From contig NC_086109.1 of assembly GCF_963921235.1 (NCBI RefSeq), forward strand, positions 32,366,001 through 32,430,000: a stretch of DNA of 64,000 nt, written 5' to 3'. The position numbers were made by a program, and so were the translations under genes. Origin of the DNA: Mobula hypostoma. Taxonomy: Eukaryota. Below, piece after piece: positions 51,075 to 64,000 of the stretch (the stretch's first letter is position 1; each line of letters opens with the position of its first letter). Under the pieces are notes generated by a model that made no database searches, was not told the DNA's origin, and saw nothing but the letters and a program-made list of their open reading frames with translations.

Positions 51075-51660
51075 ATCCTGGGCCAACCAGTGGGAGTTTG
51101 AGGAGAGTTGGTATGTCACCAAATGTTCTAGCAAATTCCTTCAGATGCCATCTGTAGAATGGCCTAAGGAAAGAGTATTCTGACTGGTTGCATCACCACC
51201 TGATATGGGGGCTCCAACGCACAGGATCAAAAAAGCTGCAGAGGGTGATGGGATTCAGCCAGCTCCATCGTAGGCCCTAGCCTCCCCACCATCGAGGGCC
51301 TATTCTAAAGGATGTACCTCAAGAAAGCAGCACCCATCTTTAAAGACATCAAATTCTCAAACTTCAAAGATAAAGGCAGTGGTATCCATCATCAAGGGTC
51401 CTCACCATACAGGATATGCCTTCTTCTCATGACAACCATCAGGGATGGACGGCACACACTCAACATTTTAGGAAGAGTTTTCTCCCCTCCGCCGTCAGAT
51501 TCCTCAACTGTCCCTGAACCCATGAACCTCACTGTTTTATTCTTTTTTGCCCTTTTTTTTTAAATTTCTTATTGTGACAGTAATTTTTATGCATTGCACT
51601 GGACTGCTGCCGCAGAACAACAAATTTCAAGACATATGTCAGTGATAATAAACCTGACTG
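51075..51660 (+). mobile_element. Rex/Babar-type LINE 3' fragment
   Basis: Similar to 16570-17020 plus 21110-21195. Confidence 0.7.
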
Positions 51661-52079
51661 AAAAATTGCTTTAAAGAACTAAGACATTAAAACATGTGCA
51701 TACACACAAAAAGTAAGCACATTGAAATGATATGAATTAAATCAAGCAGTCTACATGCTGTTCTGCGGATGCTCACTTCTTCCCATTGACCTGCTGGTAC
51801 AAGATCTAACGTACAGTCAAACAGGAAATTTTCCCAGCTCGGGAAATTGAGGAAGAATGTGTGTCAGAATCAACACTTCAATGAGCCCAAGTCTGACCTT
51901 CAGCCTCATGCAGTGAAATAAGAGTTGCCACTTCCTCTATGTCAAATCCTTATGATTGGGTCAATATTATTTGAAGCAAACCTCACAAACTCTGATGCAG
52001 CTTTTAGTATAATGATCATAATCAAGAAAAATTCATGAATGTACATAATTTAGAACTGATATAGAAAGTAAATCAAGAT

Positions 52080-52500
52080 AAATACACAGGAGATTCTGTA
52101 GATGCTGGAAATCCAGAGCAACGCACACGAAACGCTGGAGGAACTGGGCAGGTCAGGCAACATCTATGGAAATGAATAAACAGTCAATGCTTTGGGTTGG
52201 GACCATTCATCAGGACTGAAAAGGAAGGGGAGGAAGCCAGAATAAGAAAGTAGGGGGACGGATAGGAGTACAAGCTAGAAGGTGACAACTGAAGCCAGGT
52301 GAGGTGGAAGGTTATATGTGGGGGAGGCAGGGTCAAGTGAGAAGCTAGGAGGTGAAAGCTAAAGGGCTGAAGAAGGAATCCGATAGGAGAGGAGAGTGGA
52401 TCATGGGAGAAAGGGGAGGACGAGGGGTACCAGAAGAAAGTGACAGGCAGGTGAAGGGGTAAGACGGGAGCCAGAATAGGGAATGGGAAACCAATATGAA
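52080..52500 (-). mobile_element. Older Penelope-type repeat with degenerate hammerhead
   Basis: CTGTAGATGCTGGAAATCC...CTGGAGGAACT..CAGGTCAGGCA; minus-strand CTGATGA at ~52207-52213. Similar older copies at ~42030-42200 and ~40610-40760. Confidence 0.55.
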
Positions 52501-52914
52501 GTTTCCTTTCAACCAACACAGCAGGATGTCCATGATGATGGCGACTGGTTGGCATGGCAGTGGAGAATCAATGGCAAACTACAATATGCAAAGAGCGTCT
52601 GTGGGAGGAAAAATGTGTGGTCCTGCTGTGGGGCTTTGCACAGACCACTGACAATTCTATCCCTCCCACAGATGCTACTGTAACTGCTCCGTTCCTCCAT
52701 CTGATTGTTGCTCAAATTCACCTTGAACTGCAAGGTAGTACTGCTGCGATAGTAACACCAGGGCAGTAGCAGGTGGAGAGAATGGGGTGGCTTCAAGGCA
52801 GGGACTGGGTAAAACCCGGCCCATAAAATTTAACAGGAGAAATTTATCAAAAATATACTTAAAGATATGGATCTACAAACTGTTATGTGCTGTACTTAAA
52901 ATGCTTAAATTATA

Positions 52915-53352
52915 AAAAAATTTCTAGATAATAAAGGGTTAACATATGAGGAGTGTTTGATGACCCTGGACCTGTAGTCACTGAAGTTTAGAAGAATGAG
53001 CGAGCATTAAAACCAATCAAATATTGAAAGGCCTGGATGGAGTGAACATGGAGAGGACGTTTCCTATAGGACCAGAGGGCATAGGCTAAGAACATAAGGA
53101 TGTCCCTTAGAATTGAGATGAGGAGGAATTTCTTTAGGGTGTAGAATCTGTGGAATTCTTTGCCAGACAGCTGTGGAGACCAAGTCATTGGGTCTATTTA
53201 AACTGGAGGTTGATAGGTGCTTGTTAATTAATTGCGTCAATGGTGACAGAAGGCGGCAGGAAAATGGAGTTGAGAAGGATAATAAATCAGCCATGATGGA
53301 ATAGTAGAGCAGACTCAATGAGCCTAATGGCCTACTTCTGCTCCTGTGTCTT
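52915..53352 (+). mobile_element. CR1 3' end
   Basis: Matches 4620-5060 in sequence and tail. Confidence 0.8.
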
Positions 53353-54184
53353 AGGATTTATTTGCTTCTTTGTCTAAGATATGTGAACACAGAGATAATC
53401 TATATATGTAAGGGAACCATTGGTAGGCAGAAACCGAAGGTCAATTTCTGATTGATTCCTTGGGACATTTATTAATCTATTGCTGTGGAACTGTGAGGAA
53501 TGTAAAGAATCCTGGGTTTGTGAAATTAAAGAGAATAAAAACCAGGCATATTTCAAAAGTGAAATAGTGTTAGATGTGGACAATTCTAAATATCTTCACT
53601 TTCTTCCTCTGAACTAGTAAACTGTACTAGGCTGAACTCCAAACTGGATTGCCTACAATACAGGATTATTTCCACATGAGAAGCCAAAAGCACCCTACAG
53701 AGTAGAAGAGGATATTTGCTAACACTGCAGAGCTCAATGAAGCTTCACGTGTATTTTGTGCCAGGATCTCCTGATGTTTTCCGCTCCATTGACATTGTTT
53801 CTGTAAAGGATACTGACTGGCTCAGGTTCACTATATGAATACAAGTTTAGTTCCAGCTGACATTTATTTGGCTAACTTTGGACATCTAGTCACAAACCAC
53901 TGCCGGCAAAACAGCGCAGGAGCACAGCCAACTCCATACACACCGAGTATTTGGTAGGACAGTAGTTGAGCAATGAAGTTGCAACCTCCCCAACCGAACA
54001 TGGGACAAGACAAAGCTATCTCCTCAGCCCCACCGCCACTTCACATTGCCCAAACAAATCCCCAAAATGACGCCATGTGATACTTCTCGAGTCTGGGCAG
54101 ACAATGAGAAAAGTACTGAATGTAAACAATCAAGAAATCGACCTGGTTTACCTTATATCTACCGACTGCATCAATCAATTCTCA

Positions 54185-54613
<429 letters not shown>

Positions 54614-54642
54614 TTACCCACACGTTCCTCTGTTACACTCAC

Positions 54643-54743
54643 CACACCGTCCCGTAGGCTCCAGAACCGATGTGAGTAAAGTTTACATATCGCTCCCGGA
54701 CTTCCCACACGGTGTTCTCGATGTTATACCTGGCGGCACTCAT
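54643..54743 (-). CDS. mapk13: p38 MAP kinase (p38-delta-like), coding exon 1: MSAARYNIENTVWEVRERYVNFTHIGSGAYGTV(C)
   Basis: Hand translation gives the Gly-rich loop GSGAYG. ATG at 54743-54741 with an in-frame TGA 5 codons upstream; GTGAGT donor at 54642-54637. The THIGSGAYG context resembles p38-delta (THVGSGAYG). Confidence 0.88.
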
Positions 54744-56491
54744 CCTGTTAAGTTTTCAAGCTGCGAAAACTTCAGATGCAATTATTTCCAATTTCCCCAC
54801 CTCCTTCAGCAAAATTGTCAGGGATAAATAAAAGCTTTTGAGGTGATAAAGAAATTAGATTCTTACTTCCTATTTCCGAAGATGTGAACCGCCCCAGGTG
54901 GTGGGTGTGTTTTCAGTCACAAGGTAGAGCAAATATTTAAAAGAACTCGTATCCACAAAGTGCTGACGGGTTATAAAATAAAGCAATATCCAAAACTAGC
55001 AAAGGAAACGATTAGTCAGTTCCATATACAGTAATTGGGAATCAATTACGTACTTTTTGTTTACAGAACTCAAGTATTTCCTCATTTTCCCTGCCAAGTT
55101 TCAGTCCTCTCTCACCGTCCACCACTAACCCGATCATGACATCTCTGTCTCTATCCCAGGGCCAAATTAACCACCAGAACCCAACGCAAACCTACAGCCG
55201 CCCAACTTCTCCCACCTTGCTTCCTGTCAGGACCTGTTCCATTCACCCACTTCCTAGCTGGGAGGTACTGCTTGGGTGTGACACACGGGCAGAAAAATGG
55301 CAGATCGTGTTTAATCTGTATGAGTATGGGGCAACAGCGGGGGGGGGGGGAGGAGAGAGGAAGTTATACGGGACCCTAAGGGAGCTGACTAAGAATAATG
55401 TTGATTTCGCAACCACATTTTAAAGGTCTAATTGGCAACCAGTGGAAGTATCAAGCTGATCTTGAATAGTAAAGTGGAGATATATCCCAAGTAGTCTATG
55501 TGACGTATATTTTGCTCAGGATTCCTATGAATATGCCAACCAAGAAGAAACAATTCATTTAATTTCTGATTATATTGAAAAACAAGTTAAGAAATATGGT
55601 TTCAAAATAGAAAATGCATTAACCACAGGTAACATTTTCAATGATAACACCTGAGTGCAATACACTTCCTCAAACAAAACTCTAGGTCAAATTTTGTTAA
55701 AGCCTGATAGGTCGAAGCAGGTCCCATAAAATCTTCCTGATACCTGTCAGCTTAAAAAAAATTACACCATGACTTGCCAGAAGTCTGAGATGATCATAGG
55801 TTGTCCAGACCTCAGCGAATGAACGGGCCACATGATGCTCCTCATTGACCAATAAGGCTTAAGGATTGAGAATGAAACAGAATATAGAGGATAATTTAAA
55901 ATAAGTGAATCTGGGTTAAATGATACAAAGTCAAAAACAATAGAAAAAAAATATTAGGAGATGGTGTAAAACAAAGCACAAGTGAAAACAAACCATTTAA
56001 TCATAATTACAAACAATACATTTATCTAAAAGTTGCAACATAAGCTAGGTAGAGAAAGCACAGTTTCATTTGATCCCTTTCTGAGCACGAAGTGAATTGA
56101 TGTCGCATTAACAAAAGTTGCATTGCTAAAATATGATGGCACCATTAATTATGAACTAACAGTTTCGTGGGAAATGTAAATCCAGTTAACTCCACAAGAA
56201 AAGGCTGATGGAAGGAAGGATTCTGTTAGCATAAGACAAAAAGAAAAATAAATCTTGTAATTTTGCATCTCTTTTTTCCTAAATGCTGGCTACTACTTAC
56301 ATTAATTTTGAATGTATCATCAACTTGCCATTATTTTTCCTGTAAGATTTAGCAGCATTTAAATCTTTATAAGATAGAAATAACAATAAAAGATACTGCC
56401 CTTGAAATTCTGTTGTGCAAATTTGTAGATAAATGTTTAATGGTATTTGCAACAAGTTAATCTTTTTACAAAGCTTCAATTTGTTTGCTTG

Positions 56492-56528
<37 letters not shown>

Positions 56529-56779
56529 GACAGACAGAGTAAGCAAACAAATATATAACATGACATAGCAAGAAATTTCAAATTTACAAACTTAATTCAA
56601 AGTTATAAGCCTGCCTCAATAAATAATTAAATTTCACAAAATTGGAATGCTGCAGAAGAAAATCACAGAATATAAGGTAAATCTACGATTCCCAGACTGA
56701 AAATTAAGACTGATAGCTTTAAAAAAAACCAATAATGTTTTCACTTGAAAAGAACATGTTTCATCAGGACAGAGTTTTA

Positions 56780-59700
56780 TCTGAGCCAATAAAAAGAAGC
56801 GTGGTTAAGTGGAGTAGCCATTGCTGGAGCGGACCAGTGTTAGAGGGAAAGACTTTAGCTCGACAGGGTTGGATGAGAACAGGCATAGGCAAGCATATGT
56901 GGAGGTTCTAAGTAAGTTTCTTGTTAATTTACTTGAGCTTCGAAGTAAGTTTCTAGTAAATTTACTCCCTCTTTGTTTATTATTACACACCTAGTGTACT
57001 GAGAATGGGTCCGGGGGCAAATTTTTGAGATTTCTGGATCACTGGGGTTTCTTTTGGGAAAAGTATAACCTGTACAAAATGGACAAGTTACAACTGAACC
57101 TGAAGGGGACCTGTGTACATCCATCTATTGATGCTTCTGGACACATCTTCAGTGATGTTCCTGGAATCATCGGGTGTTTCGGGTCTTTCAACATCATACA
57201 ACCTCCTCCAGGTGACCCAGTGGGGCTGATAAGACCCCAGCCTGTGTCCAGATGGCTAGCTACTTATGACTCCATGGCTCCCCTCTTTTGAGCCACAGCC
57301 ATCTTGAGGCCCTCTCTGCCGCATTGGTGGTACTGCGGATGGCTCTCCTCTTCCTCTCACCCTCTATGCCCAAAATGCTGAAGGCTCTAACTAAGGAATG
57401 GGCTATGAATCCCCTACAACCATCCTCCACTGGGAGACACCTCGCTCTCCATCCAGCCTGCTGACAGTTGCTGACCAGTCCTGCGTACTTGGAGAGCTTC
57501 CTTTCAAAGGCCTCCTCCAAGCTATCTTCCCATGGGACTGTCAGCTCCAGCAGCACCACTTGCTTAGTAGACTCAGACACTAGGACAATGTCTGGTCGCA
57601 AGGTGGTGGCTGCGATATGTTTGGGGAACTTCAGCTGCCCTTCGAGGTCCACCAACAGCTGCCAGTCCCTTGCAGAGGTCAGAATGCCTGCAGATGTTCT
57701 TTTGGCAGGTATTGGCTGCTCCCCAGCTCTGACAAAGGCAATGGTCTGCTTGGAGGGTCGGGACCACTTCGCCCACTCAACTCCTGCGCTGACGGCTTCA
57801 GCGATGGTCTTCAGGACCTGATCATGCCTCCACCTGTACCGTCCCTCACCAAGTGCCCTTGCACAGCCGCTGAGGATGTGCTCCAGGGTTCCTCGCTTGG
57901 AGCACAGTGGGCACGCATATGACTCTGCCTTGCCCCATGTGTGCAGGTTTGATGGGCTTGGAAGCACATCGCACACTGCCTGGATGAGAAATTGGATGTG
58001 GTGTGGTTCGGCTTTCCAAAGATCAGCCCAGGTCACTTTCCTCTCAACCGCATTCTCCCATCTTGTCCAAACTCCCTGTTGCTTCATTCCCACCGCCTTG
58101 TAGGCTCTCATCTCCTCCACTACTGCCCTCACCTCCTCCTGAACTAGACGATGCCTTTCCTTCCCTCTGGTGTCCATTTGGGGAGTTGGAAAGGATCCAA
58201 GCCCAGCTCGGCCCTTCTGTGACCACTCCCACCAGCCTCCTGTGACGCAGTCTCGCCTCTGCCTCCTGAACAGCTTCCTCTGCCCTCCACTTCCTGCCAG
58301 TACTTACTTGGATCCCTGCCCTAGCCACTTTCAGGTCACTTGAGTCCCTATACTGTAGCACTTCTCTGGCTCTTGTTACCTTGAATTCTTCCTCCAAGGA
58401 TTTGAAGGGCAGTTGCAGTTTGTTGTGGTGTCCACAGAGTGCGATGCTGCTCAGGCTCTTTGGCAGCCCCAGCCATCTCCTGAGGTGGTTGCTAACCCTC
58501 CTCTCTAAGGTTTCGACTGTCGAGATCGGAACTGCATAGATGAGGAGGGGCCACAGGATTGTGGGAAGAATGCCATGCTGATACACCCAGGCTTTAAACT
58601 TCCCAGGTAGGCCAGACTTGTCCACAGATTTCAGCCAGCCATCCAACTAGGTGCAGGTTGCCAGAATGGATGTTGTGTCCCTTAAAGAGCTGTCAAAAAC
58701 TTTGCCTAAGCTCTTGACTGGCTTTTCTGTGATGGTTGGGATGGCTGTGCCTGCGATGCTGAACCGGAACTTGTTCTCCAGCTTCCCTTTCCTCAGCACC
58801 ATCAATCTTGATTTGGCAGGTTTGAAACGCATCCGTGCCCACTCCACCAGCTTTTCGAGCCCTTGCAGAATCCCCCGGCAGCCTGGGACTGATTCTGTGG
58901 TGACTGTGAGCTCATCCATGAATGCCCTGATAGGTGGTTGCTGTTGAGCGGAATTCAATCTGGGCCCTTTGCACTCTGGTTCAGCAGACTTAGTGAGCAT
59001 GTTCATGGCTAGGGAGAACAGTGTCACTGAGATAGTGCACCCTGTGATGATGCTGACCTCCACCTTGTGCCAGGTTGATGTAATTGCTCCTGAAGAGACC
59101 CTCATCCTGAAGTTGCTGTAATAATCAGCGATAAGGTCTCTGATTCTGCTGGGGATGTGATATTTGGTCAGTGTGAGCTGCACCAGCTTGTGCGGAATAG
59201 AGCCATGTGTGTTTGCCAGGTCGAGCTACAATACTGACAGGTTGCCCTTGTTCTCTCTGGCCTCCCTGATGAGCTGTGTCACCACACCAATGTGCTCCAG
59301 ACAGCCCGGCATCCCTGAAATGCCACCCTTCTGGACTGATGTATCAATATAGGTGTTCTTTGCTAGGTTAGAAACTGCACTGAAGATCTTCGCCTCGACA
59401 CACAGCAGGGAGATGATGTGAAACTGATCTATCTGGGTGGCATTTTCCTCCTTCGGGATCCACACCCCTTCAGCCACTCTCCGCTGTTCTGGGATCTTCC
59501 CCCTTCTCCAGAAGATTCTCAGAATCTTCCACAGACGCAGCAGGAGTTTGGGGCAGTTCTTGTACACTTTGTACGAGGTGTTGCTTGGTCCTGGAGCCGA
59601 GCTTGCCCTTGCTTTGCGGACGACCTCTCTGACTTCCTTTAGTTGCAGCTCTGACATGTCAAACTGCACATCCAGTTCAGGTGGGTCTATTAGGATGTCG

Positions 59701-61755
59701 CACTCTCCCAACTCCTGTTCTCTTTCAGGATCATTATATATTTTCTTCAGATGTTGGTCTATGTCTTCCTGCGAACAGGCCAGTTTCCCACTGCGCTTCT
59801 CCCCCAGCAACTCCTTGGTGAACTTGAAGGGGTTGGCGATAAAGGCAGCACGTTTTCGGGCCCTTTCACGACGCCGCCTCCGATGCCACTCTGCCCGGCG
59901 GAGGACCCTGATCTTCTTTCGTAGTATGCACATCAGCTGGGCCAAGCCAATGCGCTCCTCTTCTCCTGCCTCCTTGTATTGGGACTTCAGCGCTTTCATC
60001 TCCTGCCTGATGTTGTGGATCCTCAGTGCTCTTTGGCTCTTCAAGTAAGATGTTTTGGAGCCTTCCTTCTCCTCTTTTCCGAGCCGTTGAGCTGTGATAC
60101 TAACAATAATTGTTGTCATGGCTTGCAGCTTCCTATCAACCCCTCCCTTCGCCGTTGCCTCCAGAATTTGGTTAACATCGTCATCAAACTGCTTCCACAG
60201 TGAAGTCATGTTAGCTGCAGGCCATTTGATCCACCTCCTGTTAGACTTCATGTTTGAGGGATTAGTGTTTGCAACACTTGGAGGTTCTGGGCACTATGGG
60301 GTGACTCCGGGCCTGGCCCCTCCTTCGTCTCACCAGGTTGGACACCTGCGCGTTGTGCTGCTCCTGCTCCCGCCAAACACTTCATCCTCGCTTGGTGGAT
60401 CTTCAAGCCGCGATCGTTCTTGCAGATTTTGCCACATGCACACTGCTTCCTCATCGTCGTTTGTTCATTGCCTGGGTCTGATGTCGTTGTGTCCATCCAA
60501 CTTGGGTGCTCATCCTCCCCCCCTCTCGGGCACCCCTGGGGGTATCTTTTCCTCAGATTCTTTGTGGCTTTTGTGGGGGTCCTCCTCTCAGAGGATACAG
60601 ATTCCTTGCAGGCTTACTTGCTAAAGCTGTTGGGGAGGGTTTAAATTGATTTGGCAGGTGGGTAGGAACTGGTGTGATAGAGCTGAGGAAGGGACAGATG
60701 ATATACAAGTAAATACAGTGTGTAGTGATTGTGTGAGGAAGGACGGTCAGATGAAAGGGCAAAATTGCAGTGAGTGGGATGCATTGAAGTGTAACATCGA
60801 GGCAAAATTTAAAAAGGGTGAAAGTGAATACAGGTCTGAAGATGTTATATTTGAGTGTGCACAGTATATAGAATTAGGTAGGTGATCCCATAGCTCAGTT
60901 AAAGAGTGGCAGGTATGACACTGTGGGCATCACCGAGTTGAGCTGAAAGATCACAGATAAGATCTTAACATCCATGGATACACATTGTATCAAACAGACA
61001 GAGGGAGTGGAGTCGTTCTGTTTGTAAAAAAAAAATTGAAATCAAATCCTTAGAAAGAGGTGACTTAGGATTGGAGGGTGTAGATCCTTGTGGGTCACAT
61101 TAAGAATCTACAAGGGTAAGAAGACCCTGCTGGGAGATATACACAGGACATCAAACAATAGCCAAGATATGGGATAGAAAAGGCATGTAAAACAGGAAAT
61201 GTTACAATAGTTATGGGGGATTTCAATATGCAGGTAGATTGAGAAAATCAGGTTTGTGCTGGATCCCAAGAGAGGGAATTTGTAGAATGCCTACAAGATG
61301 GCATTCTAGAGCAGCTTGTGGTTGAGCCCACTTGGGGAAAGGCATTTCTGGATTGGGTATTGTGTAATCAACGAGATCTTATTAGGGATCTTAAGATAAA
61401 CTAACACTTAGGAGGCAGGAATCATAATATTATAGAATTCACTCTGCTTTTTGAGAAGGAAACACCAAAATCTGATGCATCAGTATTACAGTGGAGTAAA
61501 AGGAATTACAGAGGCACGAATGAGGAGCTAGTGAAAGTTGATTGATAGGGGATGGCGGCAGAACAGCTAGAGTTTCTGCAGGTAATTCAGAATAGATACA
61601 TCCCAAATATAAAGAAGTATTCTAAAGGGAGGATGAGGCAACTATGGCTAACAAGGGAAGTCAAAGACAGCATAAAAGGAGAAGGGAGGGCATATAATGT
61701 AGCAAGAATTAATTGGAAGTTAGAATATTGGGCAGCTTTAAAAAATCAACAGAAA
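56780..61755 (+). mobile_element. CR1 LINE 5' part, split by HERO copy B
   Basis: ORF1-end peptide RFLDHW...LYKMDKLQLNLKGT stops at 57110 and resumes at 60604 (CCTTGCAGG...GGGGAGGGTTTAAA), followed by ORF2 endonuclease sequence like 2400-3340. Confidence 0.75.
57111..60603 (-). mobile_element. HERO-like RLE non-LTR retrotransposon, copy B (slightly 5'-truncated, decayed)
   Basis: ORFs 60496-60248, 60251-59226, 59183-58647, 58646-58044 and 58177-57260 are near-identical to copy A. RT motif mutated to AFMDEL; the C-terminal CCHC-RLE frame is intact; same 3' UTR ending GTACACAG. Confidence 0.9.
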
Positions 61756-62928
61756 TATTATTTCTGCTGAAGTGTCCTTTCCTCAAGTACATACTTCAAA
61801 CTATGAATCAGGCTTCAAACCATAAGAATATGATGATTATGTGAGGGAGAGACCTTAATTAAACTGTAAATTTGCGTTACTTGGATGAAAATCAAGAGAA
61901 TTTTAATTCTTCTGTGTTGCACATTTAGTGCTCAGATACTACTGGGCATGGACAGCAACACAAAATAATGTATTGCATATATTTGAAATCACTTTATAAA
62001 AGTCAATTTTATAAAATACAGTAGAATAAAAGTTTTTCTTTGCAAGATGCATGTAAAAGGCCTGCATTGTAACACTAATAACCAAGGCTTTGCATAGGGT
62101 ATATTTTCACTGCCAGGATGTTTCTAGTCATGCCCAGATCCTAAAAGTGAATTTTAAAATATGCTTCCCCTCCTTTGTTTGCATCTTATACAACTTCATT
62201 CCACTCTTCACAAACCAAAAATGGCTGCCAACTCTTCCACCTTTCTCATTGGATAAATGGAACATTACTCAGTGTCTATTTTGACTTCTACCATGCTGAT
62301 GATTTAGTTTGTATATTATTTTAAAGAAAATTAAATTTTAATATTGATCAAATTGATACCCAACATCAATCAATCCATCTATTTTATTTTCTTTCCTCTC
62401 AATGTCTTTGAAGGAATTTCCCCAGACTTCAGTTATCTATTCTTAAACCACCCTTGATTAAATCCACAGATCTGTTCCTCGTCCATCAATGCTAGATGAT
62501 CTACAAAGTGATCTCTTAACATTCTTTTTACTTTTACATCTTCAAATTTCAGATGGTCCTTTGATACCTTTCCAGGAAGAATGCTGAACAATGTGGGGGA
62601 AGGTGAACAGATAGATATGATATCTGAAGTTCGAAGTCCTCACTCCATGTGAGACAGGCTGTGAGTACACAGACTCTAACCTTTTGCATGGCATGGTTAC
62701 TTAAAATATCCTCTAACCTAGGCTGACTGAATACATACGGACATGGTGTAGTCCAAAGTGAGACTCGGAGCTGCAAAGGCTTCAGCCCTTTAAACACTTT
62801 TTTCTCATCTCTTCCATTAAAAGGATTTTTAGAAGGCATTTGATAAAATCACACAAAAGGCAGATTAGTTGGATTAAGGTTGATGGAATTGTTTTAATTT
62901 TCCAATTTGAGATAGGAGCAACATAAGA

Positions 62929-63235
62929 GCAGCACGATATTGTAGTGGTTAGTGCAGTCGCTTTACAGTGCCACTGATGGGGATTTGATGCTTTCTGCTG
63001 TCTGTAAAGTCTGTACATTTTCCCCGTGACCATCTGGTTTTGCTCCGGGTGCTCCAGTTTCCTCAAACGATGGATGGATGGACGGACGGACGGACGGGTG
63101 GGTGGGTGGGTGGGTGGATGGAGTTGGAAGCATGGCAACACCCGCCCATGTGCCCCCAGCATATTGCAAACCATGATGCAAAGGACACATTTTACTGTAT
63201 GTTTTAATGTATGTGTGACAAATAAATCTAATCAT
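62929..63235 (+). mobile_element. tRNA-derived V-SINE with internal (GGAT)(GGAC)(GGGT) microsatellite
   Basis: Head like the copy at 37009; V-domain CTCCGGGTGCTCCAGTTTCCTC; related tails on the minus strand at ~10722-10870 and ~45490-45600. Confidence 0.7.
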
Positions 63236-64000
63236 TCTTTCAGTCTTTAAGATCAGCCATGACTCTCTTGAATTGCAAAACAGGTCAGGTAGGCGATCTG
63301 GTCTATGAGCCTGCTTTGCTATTCATGTAGATCATGGCTGATCTTCCTCAGCATGTTCCTGCTCTACCTCTAGATTTCTTATTATGCATATACCTATTGA
63401 CTTCTCCTTTGAATGAATTCAATAACTGAATCTGGGAGCCATCTGAGACTGAAAAGTTCACCACTCTGAGTGAAACGATTTCTTATCTCAGTTCAAAACA
63501 GTATACCCCGTATCCAGAGACTATGGCCTTGATTCTAGAACCTTTAGCTGGGGAAACATCATCCCTCCATCCAGCTGGTGAAACAGAATAAGAGTTAAGT
63601 TTAAACAAGATCACTTTTCATTCTTCTGATGTCCAGGGCTTGGTGGCCCTGGATAAACACCAAGATTGCAATCTCTCTCTCCCTTACTCTCTCTGAAACC
63701 AGCCAAATGACTTTTCATTATGCTCTCTCTCTGGGTTAAGTTCATCTCTTTTTTTTTAGAGCAAAAGCAAAACTATATACAAAATCACAGATTCCGTCTC
63801 ACCATGGCCCAAAACCATGGTCACAAGCAATCATTAAGCCTATACTCAAATTCTTCCAGGATTGTTCAGTCTTAATTCCATCTCTTGCTGGACTTGTCTG
63901 TCGGGTTTATCGGCTTGTATACATAAATACCATTAAAAAATGATCCAATTGCACACTGTTTTTCTGTTTTGTGCACCTAAGTGGATAACTGTACATTCAT

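Noticed and set aside
56905..56970. Two ~33-bp direct repeats (AAGTAAGTTTCT..T.AATTTACT)
   Set aside because: Only two units, within the CR1 5' region; not an array and not CRISPR-like.

Overview
Eukaryotic, AT-rich, repeat-dense DNA. The repeat complement (HE1/V-type SINEs, CR1, Rex/Babar and Penelope-type repeats) suggests a cartilaginous fish, probably a ray; this is inference. The one host gene is a p38 MAP kinase on the minus strand, most likely mapk13/p38-delta. Coding exons 1-7 were located by hand with GT-AG boundaries and consistent phases (54743-54643, 54473-54344, 30869-30811, 22078-21973, 12387-12358, 7881-7834, 284-170), and the gene continues off the left edge. Introns and upstream DNA are a nested mosaic of CR1 and Rex/Babar LINEs, a decayed Gypsy element, SINEs and hAT MITEs. 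Two young copies of a HERO-like restriction-like-endonuclease (RLE) non-LTR retrotransposon lie in inverted orientation around the 5' half of the gene. One carries a ~430-bp pseudo-LTR-like 3' repeat whose ATG reads in frame into the ORF. Both share the same +1 frameshift between the RT and endonuclease halves and have a strongly structured, non-polyadenylated 3' UTR. Several short Penelope-type insertions carry minimal hammerhead ribozyme motifs. Coordinates of old repeats are approximate, and most short ORFs in the track are repeat remnants or noise.
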